From Promethearchaeota archaeon (GTDB taxonomy: Archaea > Asgardarchaeota > Heimdallarchaeia > Hodarchaeales > Hodarchaeaceae): DNA of 64,000 nt. This document shows, piece by piece, positions 58,981-64,000 of the stretch (positions within the stretch are counted from its first letter, which is position 1; each line of letters starts with the position of its first letter). Where the stretch lies: contig JBHLMN010000009.1 of NCBI GenBank assembly GCA_048938105.1, forward strand, positions 128,001 to 192,000, read 5' to 3'. The notes below the pieces were generated by a model. That model had not been told where the DNA came from. It searched no databases and saw only the letters and a list, made by a program, of their open reading frames with translations. The position numbers and the translations under genes are program-made.

Positions 58981-60426
58981 TCATTCGATTATTGATGACC
59001 AAGGATATCGTTTTCTAATCTCTTGGAAGAGTCTTCCAATCTTTTGCTCTTCAAATGTCTTACCATAACATAAGCATAGTACGAGGCCTCCACGTGTTCT
59101 CTTAAATCTCTGGTACATTGTTTTTACAGTATTGACAACATCATAAACGATTAGGAGATTTGATTGAGGTATGTCAATGTCCCTCTCACCTACACTGGTC
59201 ATTACTAAAACTGCTTTATTCTCTGATTCTTTGAAGTGATTGAGAATAGCTATTTTATTCCGTACTTGACCAGTTATTTTGAAAGTGGAAAGCCCTAATT
59301 CCTGAATTTCTTCCTGAAGCTTCTGGGCTGTATCCAAAAATGAACACAGTACAACTGTTTTAGAATTCTGGGATTGTTTTTTAATAAGATCGAGTACTGC
59401 ATCAATCTTAGCGTTATGTTCAGGTAAATCATAAATTAGATCCTTAGTTATCCCGAATTTGGTTAATCTAAAGAGAAATTTTCGGAATTTTGGGGGTTGC
59501 ATTGCGGTACAGTATTTTCGGACAAGTAATAAGCCTTGATACTTCTGAGTGTTTCCAGATTCAAGCATTCCGGAAACTAGAGCGAGCTGCGAAGAGGGAA
59601 TTGTTTCAAGAAGAGTTGGATGTTGCTCCAGAGTCTCCTCGATGATTTCCTTTCTTAATTCCTGAATACCCTGATCTATTAAATTCAAAATTTTTAGTAG
59701 TTCAGGGCTTATCTTCACTTCATATCGCTGAATATAAGTATTTTGAATATAATTTTTAATATCAGTCTGCGCTAGAAGTGTGTCCATCCGAATAATGTGA
59801 AGTTTAGGAATACGCTTATCAAGTGAATCAATTTCAGGTTGAATCTCGATTTGATCTTTCAAATGATTATAGAGAATGTGAGAGTCTCGTATAGTACCCG
59901 TCATTCCTACTATCCAAGCACCAGAACGAATGAAATATGGAATGAGGCTATTATAGGGAAAAATCAATAAACGAGAGCCACCATACCGTCGAACTATTTT
60001 ATCTATTTCGTTAATTATTACAACGTTAAATCTTGGCTTTTTAGATTCGAGGAGTTTGTTAAAGACATTAGCAAATGTTTGGGGAGTTGCAGCAACGATT
60101 CGTGCTTCATTAAGGATTTTGTGTCTAAGCTGTCCTGAAGTTTTAGAAGAGAAAGCTTGAAATTCTGAATCATGAAAACCGCCATACTCCTCCTGAAAGT
60201 AATGAATTGTTTCAGAGTAGCTAATTGTAGAATGTAAGAGAATGAGAATTCTTTGTTCAGAAAGATCTTTAATTAAAAGAAATGCTAGAACGCGCTTTCC
60301 AAGTCCTGTATCTACTTCAACGACCGTGTGACGACCCTGTAAGAAGTTTTCTTTGAGTTTGGAAAGTATTATCTGCTGATATTGACGATTTTGAATCATA
60401 CTTTCCTTTGGATCGGGGGAGGACAA
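58981..60426 (-). CDS. Hef/FANCM-like SF2 helicase-fold protein with degenerate motifs
   Basis: RQYQ, DTGLGK, ATPQT, INEID, GMTGT, TSVGERDIDIP, QRFKRT. Confidence 0.8.
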   Translation of the reverse strand: MSSPDPKESMIQNRQYQQIILSKLKENFLQGRHTVVEVDTGLGKRVLAFLLIKDLSEQRILILLHSTISYSETIHYFQEEYGGFHDSEFQAFSSKTSGQLRHKILNEARIVAATPQTFANVFNKLLESKKPRFNVVIINEIDKIVRRYGGSRLLIFPYNSLIPYFIRSGAWIVGMTGTIRDSHILYNHLKDQIEIQPEIDSLDKRIPKLHIIRMDTLLAQTDIKNYIQNTYIQRYEVKISPELLKILNLIDQGIQELRKEIIEETLEQHPTLLETIPSSQLALVSGMLESGNTQKYQGLLLVRKYCTAMQPPKFRKFLFRLTKFGITKDLIYDLPEHNAKIDAVLDLIKKQSQNSKTVVLCSFLDTAQKLQEEIQELGLSTFKITGQVRNKIAILNHFKESENKAVLVMTSVGERDIDIPQSNLLIVYDVVNTVKTMYQRFKRTRGGLVLCLCYGKTFEEQKIGRLFQEIRKRYPWSSIIE

Positions 60427-60570
60427 TTCAAAAGAATTAATTCTATAATAATTATAAATCTACAAGTTCGCGTAAAACTATTTGATATTATTTTTAATTT
60501 AAACTAACAAATAGGATCTTCCATCTTTAGGTTTGATTGACACTAAGTTGGATTAAAATAAGGGATGAAT

Positions 60571-63500
60571 ATGACTACAGATTTATATAATCAATTAGGG
60601 CTTACAGCAGAAGAGGGTCAAGTCTACACTATTATTGTTTCTAAATCGGTGCGAACGGCCGAAGAAATTATGATATTAGCTAGTGATCTAGATCTTGAAG
60701 CTATTCAAGACGCCTTAGATGGATTAGAAAAAAGAAAATTCATAAGAGTTATCCCAGGAAAGGTGCCACAATACATCGCATTGGCTCCAGCAATCGCTGT
60801 AACTAGTGAAATTGACCTTCAAGTAGAAAGCGAATTAAACCAAATTCAGGAAGAAATCAAAAATCGATGGGAAGAAGGGCAAAAAGAACTAATTAATATA
60901 GTAAGTGATCTCCAGAAAGGGCCAGATTTAGTCTTAAAATCCGAAAAAGAATTTCAATCTCATATTCAGGCTTATTTAGAGCGAATGAAAACTAAAACTA
61001 CTGAAGTTCAACAACAAATCAAAAGTCAAATCTCAAATCAAAACCAGAAAAATTCTGAAAAGCTAGAGAATTTAATTACCGAATTTTCTAACAATTTGGA
61101 AACTGAACTCAATAGAAATACTATTCAACTTGAAGCTGATCTTAAAAATGCTAAAGAATCTCAGGTAGAAGAAAGAAAACAGCACGTTGACAGAATAAAT
61201 GAAATCTATTCAGAAAGAATTGAAAGTTTGAATGCTCTTTCCTCTCAGATGAGGCAAACGATCCAAACACTTCAGAATCAAGTTGTAAATACAACGGAGA
61301 ACTTAAACTCAACCGTTTCAACTATCAACGAACAAATCAACGGAAATATTAAACAAAATAAACTTTCAGGAAGAGATAACCTTAGTTCAATTGGAGGAGA
61401 AATGACCAAAAAAGCTTCTGATAGGTTGGCTATAATCAGGCAACAAATTGAAGCAATACAGACGGAGCTCATTAATCTAGGTGAAGATTCATTAAGATCT
61501 ATCCAGGAAATGGTTCAGGATTTCAGTGAGTGGGCCTCTAAAAGCTCTCTTTCGGTTATAGATTCAGCAAATGAGGCTAGTGAAAATCTTTGGAATAAGT
61601 TACTAGAAATGTTTCATTCATTAGTAGGAATCAGTAATAGACTAGATGAAGCCAAAGAAAAATTAAACTCAGAAAATATAACATTAGTTTTAACTGAAGT
61701 TTTAATGAATGCCAAAGAAGAGTTGATTAGAGGATCAAAGGCATTTAAATCTATTCAGACAAAAGGATTGATGGATATAAACACAGATGTAACCACCCAA
61801 ATATCTTATTTCCAAGAAAAAATAAGCTCTGATATTTCTCAGTTATTTCAAGAATTAGAGGAATCTATTCAAACACAATATAATAAGGGAATAAAAGAGT
61901 TACTAAAATTAGAAGCTGATATCTCTTCCCTCTTGGAAGAAAATGGAACTGTTATTGTGCAAGAAAGCTCAGAGACAATAAAAAAAATAATACAAGATCT
62001 AAAACAACAGACTCAACCATTAGTAGAGTTAAATTCCAATTCTTTCTTGGAAATGATAGAATTAGTGTCTAATACTGAGAAAACGCTTGAAGAGGATTCT
62101 GAATTAAATCTAATTGATATAATAACGGTTATAGACGAATTACACCTAAGAATAAGTGAAACACTTTCTGAAAGAAGTAATAAACTCTCTGAATCTTTGC
62201 AATATCTTCAAAATGTTGCGAATGAGGAATTTTCTTCTTTTGGGTCTTCGGCAAACATGATGCTTGGCCAAATGCAGTCAACGCTAACAGAAAATGTCGC
62301 TGCTAGAACAGAAGAAATCACCCAAAACTTTGATGTCATTAGTCGAGTGTCAGAGGATTTAAACCGAATCTCAAAAAATTCTCAGAATGAAATTTCAAGG
62401 ATTCTTGACCAATTTAAAACTAATATAGAGGCCGGAAATCAAACAATTTCCGAAACATTTGATCAGGATATTTCTAATCTCGCTATGGACGTTACAGAAG
62501 TTAGTGAAGCGGCAAAAAACGAGCAAGAAGAACAAATTATTGCTTCAAAAGAACGATTAAAATCTCTCTCTGAAAAAATAGAGAAATCAACATTGGAACT
62601 GAGTCGTAATATCCCTACTCAACTTGAGGAATACCAAGCAAGACATACTGATGATTTCAACACCTTTGATCGAGCGGTAAAAGCTGAACTCAACAAGATT
62701 AGAACTCGTTTGACTGAAATAAATACTGAGGTTGGTGAAAGATTAAGTAAAAGAGTCAGTCTAGGGAAAGGAGGTTTCCAAGATATCGAGAAGATTGTTA
62801 CTTCTGCAATGAAAGATTTCGAGAGTGCTCAGAAGCGTACAGAAAAGTTGATCGATGATCAGATTAACAACTTCAAGATTTCAAGTGATTCATTTGCTTC
62901 CACAATAAACACGACTTTAAATACACAAAATTTAGAAATTCAGAGGTTAATGGATACTATTGAAGAGGATCTAGTATATTCGATAAATTCTTCTTACAAA
63001 TTGACATTGAAAAATATCTCAGATTTTTCAGATCGAGTAAAAGAGAGATATAACACACGAAAAGCTAATCTTATTGACCAATTAGGGTTTCTTCTCTCGA
63101 CTATTTCAGCTTCACTTGATGAAAGTCTTAAACAAAGTCTTATTAAAGAATTTAATGAGCTAAATACATCCCTAGGACAATTAGATCAAACAAGTCAAGC
63201 TCCACAAGAACTGGAAGCAATTCTTAATGCTGAAGTGGAAAATTTCATCCAAAACCTTCAACTTGCTTTTCAATCTGCAAGTGAGTCTGGAGGAGCACGA
63301 ATTGCAGAAGTAATTAACGAATTTATAATTTCTGAGATAAATAAGACCTTTACTAGTCTCAAAATTCAATCCGACCTTTCTAATCTCAAAGAAGTTATGT
63401 CTTCTCATTGGAAATTGACTTCTCAAAAGGTAAGTTCCATCCTTTCTCAACTCAATGAAGAACTGGACAAAAAATCAAATACATTTCTAGAATCGACAAG

Positions 63501-64000
63501 GAACAACTTGCAAAATGTAATTAAAGTCTTAGAAGAAGCACAAACTCACTTAAAGACGATTATAGATACAAAAATCCAAGCTGTAAATTCGTCTCAAAAA
63601 GAAAAATATCAAGAAATTCCTACTAGTTTAGAGGAAAATGGTAAGGAAATCATTACTAACCTAGACATAACTAATGAAAAACTTCAAGATTCTATGAAAA
63701 CTATTACTGAAACCACTAATGAGTCGATCAAAAAAATCTCCACACAAATTATAGCGACCACAGATGAACAGTTGAATGATATTCGTTCTCTTCTCACTAG
63801 GATTGAGGAAACCTCAGTTCAAGTGGTAACAGATATTAAAGAACAATACAACAATTCAAAAGAAGTTATTGATAACTTAAAGTCCGAGAGCTTAAATCAT
63901 ATCAAGACAATTGAACAACAAGCTTCATCTGAAAGAACAGAGTTTATAGATCAAGTTGAAAAGATTAATATCAGATTGGAAAGCGAAATAAATAGCTTAA
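60571..64000 (+). CDS. TrmB-type winged HTH fused to very long coiled coil (partial, runs off window; not in ORF track)
   Basis: MTTDLYNQLGLTAEEGQVYTIIVSKSVRTAEEI...LDGLEKRKFIRVIPGKVPQYIALAP, then E/Q/K/L/I/S-rich helical sequence; frame still open at 64000; alternative ATG at 60565. Confidence 0.85.
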   Translation, partial: MTTDLYNQLGLTAEEGQVYTIIVSKSVRTAEEIMILASDLDLEAIQDALDGLEKRKFIRVIPGKVPQYIALAPAIAVTSEIDLQVESELNQIQEEIKNRWEEGQKELINIVSDLQKGPDLVLKSEKEFQSHIQAYLERMKTKTTEVQQQIKSQISNQNQKNSEKLENLITEFSNNLETELNRNTIQLEADLKNAKESQVEERKQHVDRINEIYSERIESLNALSSQMRQTIQTLQNQVVNTTENLNSTVSTINEQINGNIKQNKLSGRDNLSSIGGEMTKKASDRLAIIRQQIEAIQTELINLGEDSLRSIQEMVQDFSEWASKSSLSVIDSANEASENLWNKLLEMFHSLVGISNRLDEAKEKLNSENITLVLTEVLMNAKEELIRGSKAFKSIQTKGLMDINTDVTTQISYFQEKISSDISQLFQELEESIQTQYNKGIKELLKLEADISSLLEENGTVIVQESSETIKKIIQDLKQQTQPLVELNSNSFLEMIELVSNTEKTLEEDSELNLIDIITVIDELHLRISETLSERSNKLSESLQYLQNVANEEFSSFGSSANMMLGQMQSTLTENVAARTEEITQNFDVISRVSEDLNRISKNSQNEISRILDQFKTNIEAGNQTISETFDQDISNLAMDVTEVSEAAKNEQEEQIIASKERLKSLSEKIEKSTLELSRNIPTQLEEYQARHTDDFNTFDRAVKAELNKIRTRLTEINTEVGERLSKRVSLGKGGFQDIEKIVTSAMKDFESAQKRTEKLIDDQINNFKISSDSFASTINTTLNTQNLEIQRLMDTIEEDLVYSINSSYKLTLKNISDFSDRVKERYNTRKANLIDQLGFLLSTISASLDESLKQSLIKEFNELNTSLGQLDQTSQAPQELEAILNAEVENFIQNLQLAFQSASESGGARIAEVINEFIISEINKTFTSLKIQSDLSNLKEVMSSHWKLTSQKVSSILSQLNEELDKKSNTFLESTRNNLQNVIKVLEEAQTHLKTIIDTKIQAVNSSQKEKYQEIPTSLEENGKEIITNLDITNEKLQDSMKTITETTNESIKKISTQIIATTDEQLNDIRSLLTRIEETSVQVVTDIKEQYNNSKEVIDNLKSESLNHIKTIEQQASSERTEFIDQVEKINIRLESEINSL

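Noticed and set aside
61278-63450. Track ORFs 61278..61472 and 63181..63450 (-)
   Set aside because: Antisense to the large open + frame from 60571.
1-64000. CRISPR arrays, rRNA/tRNA genes, IS elements, selenocysteine TGA read-through
   Set aside because: No spaced repeats, GC-rich RNA-like islands, transposase/integrase ORFs or TGA-split redox genes were seen by eye; short elements could have been missed.

Overview
AT-rich, gene-dense archaeal chromosome segment, most likely an Asgard archaeon (Heimdallarchaeia/Hodarchaeales-like). The evidence is a Rab-like and an MglA/Arf-like small GTPase, an AN1 zinc finger, a secernin-like peptidase, a long alpha-solenoid protein, a MoaD/SAMP ubiquitin-like protein, AMP phosphorylase and TATA-type promoters. 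This placement is inferred from gene content only. There are about 48 protein genes, mostly metabolic or housekeeping. I found no rRNA, tRNA, CRISPR array or transposase. Main highlights: (1) a tungsten aldehyde:ferredoxin oxidoreductase fused in one ORF to 3-hexulose-6-phosphate synthase, coupled to MoaD and facing a double-SIS hexulose-phosphate isomerase, a candidate formaldehyde-channelling reverse-RuMP module (39.7-43.7 kb); (2) a six-gene cluster at 9.3-20.0 kb (HerA-like ATPase with coiled coil and Cys/His fingers, MglA/CvnD-like GTPase, tandem wHTH protein, amidohydrolase coupled to a 988-aa GCS2 carboxylate-amine ligase, Cdc48-N/vWA fusion), a candidate writer/eraser/reader modification system; (3) a TrmB-HTH plus coiled-coil ORF of more than 1140 codons running off the right edge, absent from the ORF track; (4) a multi-stem structured leader ahead of an SSB with an RG/RS tail; (5) a hidden amber-interrupted duplicate of the GYD gene next to a second amber-interrupted gene. 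All functional calls come from motifs read by eye; no database search was run.
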